Assembly: GCA_044892525.1 (NCBI GenBank)
Contig: CM097885.1
Coordinates: 35,342,001-35,406,000, forward strand
Source: Schmidtea polychroa
Lineage: Eukaryota
Direction of reading: 5' to 3'
DNA length: 64,000 nt
In this document: piece by piece, positions 28,850 through 42,354 of the stretch
Position numbering within the stretch: the first letter of the stretch is position 1
Layout: each line of letters opens with the position of its first letter
The notes under the pieces: generated by a model
Databases searched by the model: none
Told to the model about the DNA's origin: nothing
What the model saw: only the letters and a program-made list of their open reading frames with translations
Position numbers and translations under genes: made by a program

Positions 28850-30060
28850 GTCATATTATCCTAGTGATGTGAAAGGATGGCGTCAGTACAAGTTTGGTTA
28901 TTTTAGAACATACTGTTTTCCTTACATTATAAGCCATTGTTACACCATAAATTACTGAAGTCGGATTAAATTCATCAATAGGTTAAAATATTATACATTA
29001 TATTCAAATTTCTTCAGAAAATAGCAAGAAGAATTGGCTGAAAACCCAAAAGATGTCTTCTTAGACATTGTATTCTTTTTTGAATTTTGTAAGACAATAT
29101 AAAGTAACATAAGAAACCGAAGCAATAAACCAATTTTTTCGAGTGATTAAGATGTCCGTAAGTGCGATTGGTAAGACAATTTTAATAATAAAGATCCCAT
29201 AAGATTGGATCATTCAGTAAAGTTAAAAAATGAAAATTTAAGAGTAATAAGGAGGATACATGTGAATCATAAGAATATGACTTGATGGTCCACTGTACAG
29301 CATATATTGACTCAATTTGAAAAGCTGGATAAAAAAAAACATTTTCCTCGCCATGATAATCTTGAAAGATGTTTAATACCCCTTTCAATTATTATTGGCC
29401 AATAATCACAGTTTCATTTAAATGAATCCGTAACAGTTGGTGATCTGGAATTCTTAATCTCTCAAAATTTCAGCTGTTCTATCAACTCTTTCTATTATAT
29501 ACATACTCAAAACTCCTTTGAGATTCCATTACTTTGAAACAGTTACCCATTTTCAATGATTCAATATAATAACTATACATCTCGACTGATTACATTCAAA
29601 ATACCTCATAAATATTGCTGTCCAAATAGTTTGTTGTTGTTAAATGAGTTAAAGTTTCCAAATAAAAACCTTCCCAGATGTAAAAGCGCAGCTTTTAATT
29701 CCTTTTCGTCAATCAAATTTGACAATCTTTAGAAGGCATAATTGTTCAGTTTTCTGAGAATCCACGAATAGATGTTTACCTCAAATTAATGCTTTTAGTA
29801 GCTGAAATAATAAAACCTTTTGATTTGGAGTTTTGAACCCAGTTACTAAACAATCATTATTTTTTTAAAAAACCACAAATTATTTGGGTTTGAATTGATC
29901 AATAATTAAAAAGTCTGTTTCTCTTTGACTACTAGTGTTCTTTAATCAATAAATAACAAACTCCCAACTTACAATTAAAAATGGTTTTGAGAATTATTCT
30001 GATCACATGGACAATGAATAAGTTGGTTTCTTTAAAGAATATTCAACTTCGATTACCATT
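28850..30060 (-). mobile_element. Possible very old non-LTR retrotransposon remnant
   Basis: Decayed coding-like composition with short RT-like stretches only; no intact motif. Confidence 0.25.
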
Positions 30061-30147
30061 CCTCAAAACAATAGATCCTTTCTTTATTAAATATTAAACC
30101 TCTTTAACGCTACTCTTCGATTTTATGATTTTTCATTTTAATAATAA

Positions 30148-30724
30148 TTTTGAGGTCTGTAAATTAAAATAAATTTAAATGAAATTTAGGTTGAAAATTT
30201 AAATACAAAGTAGGTGAAGGAAAAATACAAATAAAAACGTGATCATGCACAGAATTGATAGTAAAGAAAAGTATGATGGAAGCAGTATTAGGAAATGGCA
30301 AAAGCAGATGCAAAAGGCAAGAATCCGGAAATCGGAGAAAAATCAATAAATTGTAAAGTTATCGAAATTGAATTGGGAAAACAGGACAGGTCTAGATTAG
30401 CTGATGATCAACAAGATGATGATTAGGGATTTAGGGAAAAAGGAAATATAGAATAGGAGATACGAAAAAGTGAAAAGGAATCAAACCAAATAGAAAAAAG
30501 AAAAACGTTAGTCAAGAGAAACTAAGAAATGAAAAGGCGAATATTATCTTTTGTTAAAGCATCAACACCGAGCGGAGAATCAGTCAAACTTGTAAAACTT
30601 TGGTGATTGATTGTCGATAAAAATATATTTTTGTGATTCAAATATACGTTGGGTAACTTATTGTTTTGATTAAAAGGACACGAGGAGTCAGAGGTTACCG
30701 ACTTAAATTAGCTAAAACCCAACA
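30148..30724 (+). mobile_element. Solo LTR with 4-bp TSD
   Basis: TTTTGAGG (degenerate TGTTGAGG) to CCCAACA, flanked by ATAA/ATAA. Shares AAAGTTATCGAAATTGAA and the 3' GAGTCAGA motif with 57838-58814. Confidence 0.7.
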
Positions 30725-31877
30725 ATAATTTTAATTTAGTTCTTAACATTTTTAGTCATAGGCACCCCTTAAATTACTAAAACAGCCGTTGTTACACTTT
30801 TAGACGTATTTGTTAAAATGATACCTTTTTTGTTTTGCTCAATCTTTTCACCTTCATATTGTTCAAATATTGTGCAATATCAAATTTCCTTGACTTTTTC
30901 TGAATGAAATTCTTATATTTTTTCAAGGTATTGAAACCCATCAATGTTCTCCACTTTAAACAAAAAAATAAGATCATCTATATAAAAAATTGCATTTATT
31001 GCCAAATGCAAATACAAATTCTATATCAATTTGCCTCTATTTCTATGTAAAACTTACTCAGAAAACCTCAATGCAAAGAAACAGATAAATCTGGCGCACC
31101 TCGAATGACATGATTTGAGTACTATTATTTCCCTATTCTCTATTTTAATTAATTTCCCAAATTTCTATTCGATTTGTTTTTTTATTTGTTCTTTTATTTT
31201 AATGCTTTCAGATTTTTTATTTACCCAATCGTCAAAATCATGAAAGTTTCAACCAATCCATCATGGTCCATACACGCCATGCAATATGATTGGTGGAACC
31301 TTGACTGAAAGGCTTGGTATAAGATAACTAAATAACATCCAAGGTGAATTTTTATCGTTTATTAAAATTATTCAAATTGGTAGCGATGAAAAGTTATTTC
31401 GAATTCAATATGTTCATTAAGTTAAGCAAACTGAAATTTGACTACAAAGTATTTCAAACATTTACTGGGTGACGGTTATCGCGAAAGTGGCGCCAATTCA
31501 ATTTTTCGAATCGAGTTTCATTTACAAATCAAATATATCGAGAAAATTTGACACAAACATTTCCTATATAATAATGAAGATGGAGATTTTTTTATATTAT
31601 AAAACAGAAATTTGTTTGTATGATAGAAACTATCGAACGGTGAGCTCTTGCGTCATGCAATTCCCACAGCCTTTTTTCATCTAGAAGTTTTAGGTCAAAT
31701 CAATTATTTTTAGATCTTAACATCATTTGAGTCATGAACTAAAGAGTTTTGAGATTTCCATTCTAAATAGCTACATTGTTTATTCAAACCAGTACAAAAT
31801 CATTTGTCCTTTATACACCTGTAATCTGTGAAATTGTCGTGGTAAATGCTAAAAGTAAGTTTGACTGTAAATTATAC

Positions 31878-32359
31878 ATGGCCACCGTTTGGACTGCTTC
31901 ACCAACTTTCGACCACTTGACATTTTCTTATGTGACTCATTTCTCATCGCCAGTCACCAACCTTTTCAGATATGGCTTGATTTCATTCCGCTTTGCCATT
32001 GATTAGCAAATGGAAAATGTTCATCAAGTTTTCTTCGGTCAACTCGTGCGGTACCCAAACATCAAGCTTCTTTTTGAACCCAGCTTTATGCAAATGATTT
32101 AAAAGTGTTTTGTGGTCGATCTTTAGTTCCTGGGCGATGCTACAGCATCATTTATGTCGGTCTACATCAATCATTTCCAAGATTTATCGACATTTTCGAC
32201 GATAGGCCTTCCAGTGTGTGGTGCATCTTTCACATCATATTTACAGGAACAAAATCGATGAAACCAAAATTGCGCTTTATTGACTGTTACACCTTTGCGT
32301 TTTTATCTTTATCGTAATATAATTGTAAAGCATACAGAACTTTGTTTGTTCACCTCCAT
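31878..32359 (-). pseudogene. mariner (Mos1/SETMAR-like) transposase remnant
   Basis: Minus strand has WFHRF, TGRP, KKLDVWVPHELT and LVTGDEK, with frameshifts and stops. Confidence 0.9.
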
Positions 32360-33659
32360 ATTTAACGCTCTAACTCTAAACTAAACATCAATCACAACAG
32401 TGCCAAATATACTTGCTTTGTAGGGAAATCTCTCTCTTCTATGAGTATAACTTTGACTTGATATGATAAATACAAAACAATTCGTTATAACAAATTATCC
32501 TACATATATTTATCCTATTTTACCATTCTGTCAATTGAAACAATGAGGGAAATCTTATTTATAATTGTAATATTTATGCAGTTTTTATACTGTCATTTTA
32601 AGATGGACTGCTGAGGAGAGACCATCGACATTTCAAATCTTGGGTGAAGCAGGACTGGAAAGGTAGTGCAAATATATTTATGATGCTAATTATTAATTAT
32701 GTCATTGAATTACTCCTATTAATGTGCAAAAGTGCTAATCAAATTATGCTAAACAATTTCCGTGTAAAATCTCAAATGGAAAAGTGATTATTTGATCTTG
32801 GACTTGTCACGATGGATTTCAATTAGGAAATGAATCATTCTTGAAAATGACGATGGTGAGTAATTTTTACAAGAAATATAATTTTATTAAGTGTTTTTAT
32901 TTTATTCAAATTTTTATTTGTTTTTTATTCTTCACTCCATTTCCTTCCGTAATTCCTACTTGGGAATCAATTTTATTTTACTATCTACACCGAAGCACAT
33001 AAATATTAAACTACAATATATTTCGACAGACTTACTGTAATCATTCAAATTATCAATTTAAATAGCTTTTTTTCAAACAAACTAATTCATCAATTTTTTA
33101 AAATTATATTTTGATCCAAAATCATAAAATTCTGATTTATCAATTCAAATTTTTAAAACTTATAAAAGTTGAAATTAAACAACATCTTAATAAATTGTTC
33201 ACAAAATTGTGTTTCCTAATAGTAATCAATTCCTTCAGTCGATAGTGATCCAAAACCTGAAAACGGGTATGACGGGCAGTCATTCCAATAGATGTAGTTT
33301 TACATCTATGACATAAATATTCATAACTAAGATCTGAACAATCTAAGTAGGACTTGAAATCCTCTAACAAACACGAAGTTAAAAAACAGGAATTAGAAAT
33401 CACCTTACAACATTGAATATACAACTTCATGTTCAAAATCATTACGCAAACTTTATAACACTCCAAATACAAAAATGTAAACCCAAACATAAAATTGTGT
33501 TTGCTGATATAAATTCATAATCGCCAATTTTTAACGAATCTTGAATATTGAAGTAAACAAGTCCAACATATTTAACATTAATCTTATCAGCATACACAGT
33601 GAATGACCTGTCCAGAATCAAATATTTTCATATATTTGTCGTTTTTTTATGGTGATCTT

Positions 33660-36089
33660 TGTTAGACGCAATTAAATTCAAATCTTCTTCAAGCATTTAT
33701 TTTTATTAACAACTTCAAAATTGTGTCGTTTACTAGCGTATTTAAACACCGAGGCGTGATAATTATTAATATTAATGTAATTACTGGTCATACATTTAAT
33801 TGATGTATTTAATATAATTTAATATAATATGATATAATTTAATATAGAATTTAAAAATAAAAATTTAACAGAAATAATCATTTCTACTAACTGATCTCAC
33901 TTCTACCATTTAACCATAATAATTTTATATAGGGTTTTACTAACTCCTTACATCCCCCTTCTTTAAAATGCTTTAACTTTTCTATATTCCTCGTTATTTT
34001 TCTCCCGTTTTCGTCTGTTAATAAGTAACTTCTTTCATGACTTCGTTTTATTACTGTGTATGGTCCTTCATATCTCTCGTGATCTTTGTTTCTAATTTCT
34101 TGTTCCACCAATACTTTTTCCCCCACTTCTAAGTTCCGAGTTGTGCCAATTTCTTTCGCTTGCTGTCTTTTAGCCTCTAATTTCCGCATGATTTCCTTTC
34201 TATCCACTTCATTATTACTATGCCATTGCGATCTATTAATCTTTCTCCCAAATATAATTTCTGCTGGAATCACTCTAGTAGTTTTTTGAGCTGTCGCATT
34301 TAAAACGTATTCTATATCAGGTATTAATTATGCCCAGCTTTTTTTAACTCCTTCTCTGAGTGACGCGTTAATATAGTCTCTTATAGTACGAAATTGTCTT
34401 TCAATTACACCATTAGTATTATGATGATAAGGACTCGAAAATATAAACTCAATTTCTGCTGCTTTTGCTAGTTCTTTAATACTATTTGCTTCGAAATTCT
34501 TTCCACAATCAACGTGTAGTTCCTTAGGGGCTCCAAATTTCAATATCTAATTATTTAACAAAACTGCCTTAATTGTATTTTCATCTTGCTTTCTAATAGG
34601 AGTTAGAGATATGTATTTACTGTAATGATCGATTTTTGCACAAATATATTTTTCTCCTCTGAAGATTTCTCTTAATGGACCGCAAATATCCATGTATATT
34701 TTCTCCATAGGTTCTGAAGCTTGAATTACTCGAGTTTTTTCTTTTGACTTTGTAGTTAAAACTTTGTTTTCTGACATGCTTCACATATTGAAATAGTCTC
34801 TTTTACTTCATTTAGCAAATCTTCCATATCAAAATTGTTCCTAATATATTTCATAACTTTTTCTACTCCTGCGTGGCATAATAATAAATGTGTTTCCTTA
34901 ATCATTTCTCGTCTTTTTGTTTCTGGTATCCATATTTTGTTTTGATTGGTATAGATAATATTTCCTTTTAACATATATTTATTATTTTTTCTTTCATTTA
35001 TTTGATCTTTTATTTCTTGTATTTCTGCATTATCTCTTTACCATTCATTTCCATTATTTTCGGTCATCAATGTTAACAATCTAGTTTTTAATCGCCCTGT
35101 TTTGGGGTTATCATGGTCCATCAAACATTGTACACATTTGCCGCATATATTTCTAGACAGCATATCTGCATTCGTATGCGCCGTGCCTTTTCTGAACTCC
35201 ATTTTTATGTCTAAACTGCTCAAGTAATTTATCCACTTTTGGAACTGTGCTGTTATAGGCTTCTTTGTCGTTAACATAAAAGTTATTGCTTTATGATCAG
35301 TGCGCAAAACAAACCGTTTACCATATAAATAATGGTTGAAATGGCGGCAGAAATAATATATAGCCAAAAGCTCTTTTCGTGTTATACAATATCCTCTTTC
35401 ATGGCTACTCATTGAATGGGGTCCATATGCAATAAGGTGTTCATGCCCCATTTCATCTCTTTGTGATAGTACAGTTCCAATTGTATCAATGCTTGCGTTT
35501 GTATCTAATATGAATTCTTTCTTGAAATCTGGAAATACGAGAACTGGCGCTGTAGTCAACGCCATTTTCATTTCTTCGAAAGCTTTCTCACATTCCTCAG
35601 TCCAGATTATTTTTTCATTATTGCTTCCACATATGCTTTCTAGCGCTCTTGATTTTGTTGCATATTCCTTAATAAATCTCCGATAATAGTTACATATACC
35701 TAAAAAGCTTCTCAAATTCTTTATACACTTAGGCCTCTGAAATGATTTAATAGCCTCAATTTTACTTTGATCTGTCCGAATCCCCTGACTGTTAATAATG
35801 TGCCCTAAAAACTTTACTTCACTCTTTAATAACTGACATTTTTCTGGGTTGATTCTCAATTAAGCTTCCCTTATTTTCTCTAGAACCTTTCCAAACACAT
35901 TGTAATGTTCTTCAATTGTTCTTGTAAAACTTAAAATATCGTCTAAATACACCATAACTCCTTCTTTCCATAGATCTTTCAATATTTTTGTCATTAATTT
36001 TTGGAATGTACCCGGTGCCGCTGCAATGCCAAAAGGTATTCTATTAAAACAAAATTGCCCTTCTTTAGTAGGAAATGCTGTCTTTTCTT
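33660..36089 (-). mobile_element. 5'-truncated Gypsy LTR retrotransposon (RT-RNase H-integrase plus 3' LTR 33660-33952)
   Basis: YLDD at ~35940, RNase H (GYCITRKELLA), HHCC and integrase core (HHNTNGVIERQFR), YEGPY. PPT AAGGGGGA precedes a TG...CA LTR. In-frame stops and frameshifts. Confidence 0.95.
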
Positions 36090-36522
36090 AATATATAAGG
36101 ATTATTTACATTATTAAAATTTTTATGACCAATATTTACATCAATATCAAAATTACCTAGTATATTGCTCCGATCATTACCTCCCGTGTCGAAGCATGCA
36201 CTTTTGGGTGCTGAATCTCCTCTTCTGCATCATCTGAATACTCCAATGGCATCTGTAAACAAATGAACAATTAAATTGGAAATCATTATGTAACTGAACC
36301 ATCAGCGGTCGTAAGTCACCTCTGACGTGACAACAATATATACAATATACAAAGATAGCGCTCGATAAGGGTTAACCTTTAAATAATAGAAAGACAATTT
36401 TAGAAAATCTAAAATAACCTTTAATTTTTGATTTGATCTACAGTAAAACTTATTTTTAACATAAATCTAGTTATTGTAAAAATTCGCTTAACAAATATAT
36501 TTTCTCCGATCCAACCTTAATA

Positions 36523-37080
36523 TCAGTACATTAAATACTGTACAATGAAACCCATTGAACACAAAACTCGGTTAACGTGAACAGGTTTTGGAAGTTCCTT
36601 GATTTTCGTTTTAAGCGGGTTTCCTGTAGTCTGATTAAATTTAATAAAGATCATAACAATTTTATTGCACTCAATATCATATTTTGTCTTTGAATGTAGT
36701 TTCGTTTCCGAATAACTTTCAGCCTCCAATTGCTTTCCACCAACTGCAACAGCTCGATGTCCAGCTACAAAGCCACTGGGATCAGTTTTGAATAATAACG
36801 GTTTGTCCATTTTAATATCATAGGATAATGCTATCATTGAACAACATAATGGTCGCATCTCAGCCGATTGGGTGTAAAGCTGATTAATATCCGCAATACA
36901 ACGACATATTATGTCACAAAGCGTTTCATATCCAATTTTATATTTAAATCGAGCTGCTTTCATTTGTGCACGACATACTTGAGATCGACAATCAAGGATC
37001 ATACCAATCATCACACCTCCAGTACCTTCAGTAATATTAAACAATCTTGTAGCTGAACTCTTCTCAATCATTTCCATCAC
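36523..37080 (-). pseudogene. PSMA6: Proteasome subunit alpha type-6 (alpha-1) internal fragment fused to unrelated sequence
   Basis: RLFNITE...DCRSQV...FKYKIGY...IADINQLYTQSAEMRPL...DPSG...AVGGKQ is the PSMA6 core. It lacks the N-terminal ~55 aa and the normal C-terminus, with changes at conserved positions (RPLG to RPLC). Confidence 0.85.
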
Positions 37081-37704
37081 ACAATTTCCAGAACTGATTC
37101 CTTGATTCGAATGAACAAAAACTTATTTTCTACAACAAATCCTTAAAATTCCAGAACAATATATAATTCTATTGATCCAGCCAAACAATTTTCTAAACTC
37201 TAATATAAAAATTTCATAAAAATGAAAAATAAACCTACTTCTCGCGTCTGTGTGCGCACACCAACAAAATTCAATCCAATCACACCGCGCTTACAGACGC
37301 GACACAGAAAACGCCAAACAAACTGCCAGTCAGATGCAATCCCTCTCTGACTGGTCGAAACAGTAGTCAATAAATGGCTAATTAAAATTTAAATAAAGAA
37401 ATCATAATTTCAAAAATGTAAAATTTTCAGTTCCAATTACAAATCAAACAATTAAAAATTAATCATCGTTTTGGTGGCCATTGCAGCAGATTTATTAAAC
37501 ATTCTTAAGTACCTCCACTACAAAAATTTGTCATGCATGTAAAATAATACACTTAACGCTTATTTGCATTGTGTAGCAAATTTGGAAAATACCAGAATTT
37601 CACGTTTAGATCGCCTAAAATAAATAAGAACTAACCATTTCATAGTGTTGCTTGTGAACTACAAAGCTGTTTAACGGATTTTAAATTTTACATTAGATTT
37701 TTAA

Positions 37705-37776
37705 CCGTTTGCGGACGGAATTCGTATCGTATAAGCCATTTGAGGCCAGCACTGCCGGCCTACCGTCCGCAAACGG
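37705..37776. mobile_element. 72-bp piggyBac-type mini element
   Basis: Perfect 14-bp TIRs CCGTTTGCGGACGG / CCGTCCGCAAACGG with TTAA TSDs. Confidence 0.85.
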
Positions 37777-38212
37777 TTAAAATTATTTTTATAATAATAT
37801 ATTCAGTCAAAGAACGTTATTTTATTTTATTCAAAATAAATAAAAAAATCATTTAATAATTCAATTTATAAATAGAACAATAAAACACACCGATATTAAA
37901 TAAATAGCAAAAGAGTAAATTCAGTTCCTGAAGTAATTATATTATTTTCAAATTATGTATTATTGTTACCCATACTTTTATAAAAATCTATTTAGTACTT
38001 AACAACAATATTGTATTCAGCATACAAATTTAAAAATAATGAAAAATTACATTTTACATCTAATTCTAACCAACGGACCCTATGATGGTTAGCTTATATA
38101 ATGTATTTAATTATGTTATTAAATCTAAAATTTCTGAAAGCAATTAATAAAACAAATCAATAGACATTAATAATGTCTGTATAAGACAAAACATTGAAAT
38201 TGACCCCTTTAT

Positions 38213-39136
38213 ATGGCTGTAAGCACACATCGATGGAGACCGGACATAGGAGTAAGGTCCGGTTACACCAGAAGTAAAAAATATAAAAAATTACATTTTG
38301 GTAAAGATAAAACAAAGTGCAATATCGAGTGCAAATTTGAAAATTCTCTATACTTTCTCGGTGTAAAAAATCCTATTCTCGATGTTTATAAAATAGAAAA
38401 GACTGTTCCAATATCTCTAAATCGCTTCTTCTCAGAGAACAAGTTTTCAGAAATTGCTTTTCAAACTAACACGGACCGCAGAATAACGAAGAAACTTTAT
38501 GTTTCTGAACACGTGGAAGCTATGAATGTTCATTTATTTACTAAATTAAATGACCCCTTTGTTCGATCGTATATTATCAATGACGATAAAGGATTTGTTG
38601 AAGAAGCAATGGGGATTTTGGAAATTATCAAAACTAGATTACCCCAAGAAGAATGGAATAGTTTAAGAATTATTGTAACTCCAAAATCCTGTGACATCTC
38701 AGCTGATGTTCTTCGTCAAGAGAGGGAAGTGCCAAGGATATCTAACTTAAAATTCTCTGACCGAGACAACCAGTCAGAAGACGATGACTTTGATTACGGC
38801 GAAAATGATGATGAAACATATACTGATGATACAAGGAGTACAAATACAACCATGGATGAAGAATCAGAGGAAAGACAAAGAAATAGAATAGCAACGAGTA
38901 AGTTTCGGGATTCCAGAATCATTTTAGCAAATAGACCAAAAGCATTTAAACCGGAAATTGATCCAGTTGAAAAATGTTTCCTAGCCTTAACTAAGTTGTT
39001 TGAGGATCATGTTTTTTCCGCAGCTAAAGGTTTAAAAGAAGTGAACATGGAAATATTAGACATGACAAAAATGTCCAGCGAGTCTCTAGAGAGAATATCC
39101 AACGATTCTATTGATGTCAATTTTCAGATGAAATAA
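38213..39136 (+). CDS. Intronless 307-aa protein of unknown family with an acidic tract
   Basis: 924-nt open frame in ~70% AT DNA; TATATAA ~115 bp upstream; AATAAA ~50 bp after the stop; no domain recognised. Confidence 0.65.
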   Translation: MAVSTHRWRPDIGVRSGYTRSKKYKKLHFGKDKTKCNIECKFENSLYFLGVKNPILDVYKIEKTVPISLNRFFSENKFSEIAFQTNTDRRITKKLYVSEHVEAMNVHLFTKLNDPFVRSYIINDDKGFVEEAMGILEIIKTRLPQEEWNSLRIIVTPKSCDISADVLRQEREVPRISNLKFSDRDNQSEDDDFDYGENDDETYTDDTRSTNTTMDEESEERQRNRIATSKFRDSRIILANRPKAFKPEIDPVEKCFLALTKLFEDHVFSAAKGLKEVNMEILDMTKMSSESLERISNDSIDVNFQMK

Positions 39137-40029
39137 TAATTTGCATTTTTATTTTTTTTAAATTTTAATGCTCCATCCTGCCAATTTAATAAATAACCGG
39201 CAATTATATTTGTTGTTGATTTAATTATAATTTTTCCTTTAGAATTATGTTGTCAAATTTCGAAAAATATTTTGTCTAGAATTAGTTCAATTCACATTTT
39301 GTGATGGAAATAAATATTCGACAGAATTAATCTCATTTATTATATTGTTAGAGTTATAGGAAAATAGTTGAAAATAAAAAGTAATTAAAATAAAAATCCA
39401 TAAGCAAGATAAATTTAACAAATTTACGAAAGTTAATTACTTGAAAAATTGAGTGCCGAAATTTGTGAATATCAAAAACATCGATATATTTACTGATTCA
39501 TAGTCAAGCTTTTTAATAAATACAATATCAATGGAAAAGAAATCAATGGTGAAATTTGAAAAAAGTTCTTATAAGTTAATTAAAAATTAGTAAAAACTAA
39601 AACCAGTATTTCTCGGAGAAACAGGTATTAGCAGGTGGAAAATGAAAAGTAAAACATGAATACAATAATTTTAAATTGATTAGGGTCCCTACTTATTGCT
39701 ATTTAACAAATACAAACTAATTAACTAATTAATTAAAATACGCTGATCAATGTAATTGGTCAAAAAATCCTAATGCTTGACAGACATGGTGACAATCTGT
39801 AAAGCGGTGATAAAATAATTTTATTTTGTTTTTTAATTATCGGTTTTCATTGTTTTGTAATTAGATTACAAAAGAAATCGGTAAAGTTAATAATTATCTT
39901 TAAAGGGAAATAAAGAATTGTTCTATCAACTAGGATAATTGTTATTTAGATAATTTAATACGCGTGATCGTTATGTTGACAAATAAATTTTTTGTGTTAG
40001 ATATTTTTATTCTTTATAATAAAGGACAC

Positions 40030-40345
40030 CAGCGCCGTACTATCGCAAGTGCAACAAGTGCAATCGCACTGAGCCCCCTATTTTTGAGGGGCCCCAAATA
40101 TTAAATACATTAGAAAAACTTCTCCAATACCATAAATTACTACGAATTGAAAGAAAAAAAAATTTGAAAATTCGAAATTCGTTTAACTTTCAAAAAAATC
40201 TAGTTGGCAACGATTTAATTTGAAACAAATATACCTAATAATTCAGTTGTGGTTTAAATACAATCAATAAAAAATTAATTCAAATTTAAAAAAAAAATTT
40301 TTTTAGTTTCTGCACAGGGCCCCCAAAAGTTTCAGCACGGCGCTG
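40030..40345. mobile_element. hAT MITE
   Basis: TIRs CAGCGCCGT / ACGGCGCTG; perfect 8-bp TSD AAGGACAC. Confidence 0.92.
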
Positions 40346-40824
40346 AAGGACACGTGAAGTCAGATTACAAAAGTATTTCCTGGCCGAAACAATTAAAAAA
40401 AATCCAACAACATTATATCAGAGCAATTATTTTTGAAGATTTTGGATTAATTGATGATTTGCTGATTGCTATTATCCCCGGATTTTAATTCCTTTTTTAT
40501 TTTAAATACAAGTTGACTTACTTGCTCAGATAAAGAGTAAATTACTGAGTAAATGCCGATAATCCCCAAAGGAATTAAAATAATGTTGATCCAATATCGG
40601 ATAATGTCTTTCAGAAAAGTATAAAAGGAAAAGAGATAAACTATCAGTAGGTTGAAGAAAGAAAATCACTATACTACTCTATTCCCGCTGAGCTATATGG
40701 GTTGTGATTTTTTTTTTCTAAATTATTTTTTTCATATTTATTTTGTAAGTTAATCAAAAAATTATTAATACACACATAGTAAAAATTACATATTAAAAAC
40801 ATAAAAATTGAAATTAGTTTATAT

Positions 40825-40908
40825 AAAAAACTAAATTCAGTTTGGATTCGAACCGCAGTTTATTTGAACCACTATGCTACTCTATTCCCACTAAGCTATC
40901 TGAGTTGC
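40825..40908 (-). ncRNA. tRNA-like Pol III unit in the left end of the Polinton
   Basis: A-box TAGCTTAGTGG, perfect B-box GGTTCGAATCC and a T6 terminator; no convincing anticodon arm. Partial second copy at 40667-40705. Confidence 0.55.
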
Positions 40909-41019
40909 ATTTTTTTTTATTTATTTCTCTATCTATCAATCAATCTCTCTTCTATCTAATTTATACATTTAATCAATCTCCATCTATTAATTGTGTCCCA
41001 TATTTTTTATTTAAATTCA

Positions 41020-41170
41020 TTCAATCTAGAAATATTTGGAATCATATCATTACCATAGGTCTGAGTTGTAACACCATTACTTAAAATATATCGTTTATCA
41101 TCATATGCATTCATTACTATTTACTTAAATTCAGAAAGAAAAATATGATTTTTAGTCCTTATAGACTAAT
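41020..41170 (-). pseudogene. Protein-primed DNA polymerase B, extreme C-terminus
   Basis: IRTKNH...MNAYDDKRYILSNGVTTQTYG is the Polinton pPolB terminal DDKR motif. Confidence 0.75.
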
Positions 41171-41174
41171 CTGT

Positions 41175-42350
41175 TACTGATTTTTGTTCTTGGTATGTTC
41201 CTTGGATTAAATCAAAAATTATATTAATAGATGTTATATTACTTTTATTAATAGATGATGATGAAACACCGCTTCTTGAATGACATGATTCTAGAAATCC
41301 TATTGCTATAAAAAGATGGAATCTAGCAGTAGGAAGATTTATTTTAAAATCTATAGGATATGAAATCTCTTTTACATTTACAATTCCAACTTTTTTACAC
41401 CACGATTTATATTGTTCTGATTGATTTGGAAGGATTACCTTATTAGTCTTGAAAACCTCTTGTACTGGGGTTTTCGAAGTTGAAGATGTAAAACGGGAGA
41501 GGGGTAGATTAGGGGATAGTGAAAAATACAGTGAGCAAGAAATTGTTAGAAGATGTTTAAAAAGGGTCGTAAAACAGACAAATATGAAAAAACGTAATTA
41601 ATAGTAATTAATTAATTAATTGGCTAATGGGAAACCCGAGACAATGGAGAACCCGAGCGATGAAGAAACCGCGAGCGCTGCAATTTGAAAGGATAAACAA
41701 ACGGGGAATTCAGAGGACAATTATCCAAACAGCCTGATAAACGAGGGTAAACAACAGAAAGAGGATTATGAAGAGGGTCAACAGAAATAGCTAATTAAAG
41801 AATGAAAATTAAGGAAGTCAAAACCAATTAGGTAAAAAATGGGGCAATTACAACGATTAAAAGAGTATATAAGGAAACTCCAAATTCAGATAATCGGCAG
41901 TAGCCTTAGGTAGAGAAAAAGAAACCGAAGATAGGAATTTGAGAAATAAAGTCAAGAAAAAAGGGAATTATAAGAGGAACTGAAGAGTTAGAAGAGGAGA
42001 GTTCGGAAGAGTTCGGATCTAAAAGAGTTCGGATCAGAGGGTGGAATCAAATAAAAAGGTGAAACTTATTTTGAAATCGCACAAGGTCGAGACGTTCCAG
42101 ATCGAAGTTCGATTGGAGATTAGGAGCAAAATCGTGGTTAACTAAAAGTTGTAATTATTTATTGAGAATTGTAAATTTGCTATAAAACAAATATACGTTG
42201 AGAGTTGTGTTTATTAATTTTATGAACACTTGGAGTCAGAATAACCAACGGTTGATTTTTAGTATCATAAAACCAAACATATTTACCATTTTTTCTAATT
42301 TTTCCTCCATCTTATAGGATATTATTCATTATTCCATCCTTCAATTAAAT
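41175..42350 (-). pseudogene. Polinton minor capsid (penton) remnant split by a solo LTR
   Basis: FKINLPTARFHL and NITSINIIFDLIQGTY resemble penton motifs; located directly after the MCP. Confidence 0.5.
41461..42279 (+). mobile_element. Solo LTR (5'-deleted) inserted in the Polinton
   Basis: Colinear with 58025-58814 over ~800 bp; ends AACCAAACA; no clean TSD. Confidence 0.8.
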
Positions 42351-42354
42351 TTCT

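Noticed and set aside
37315..37380. Hammerhead ribozyme or Helitron 3' end (hairpin plus GAAAC..GTC)
   Set aside because: The CUGAUGA core is missing and there is no CTRR terminus.
40825..40908. Functional tRNA gene
   Set aside because: A and B boxes are present, but no proper anticodon arm or T-stem pairing; kept only as a tRNA-like unit.
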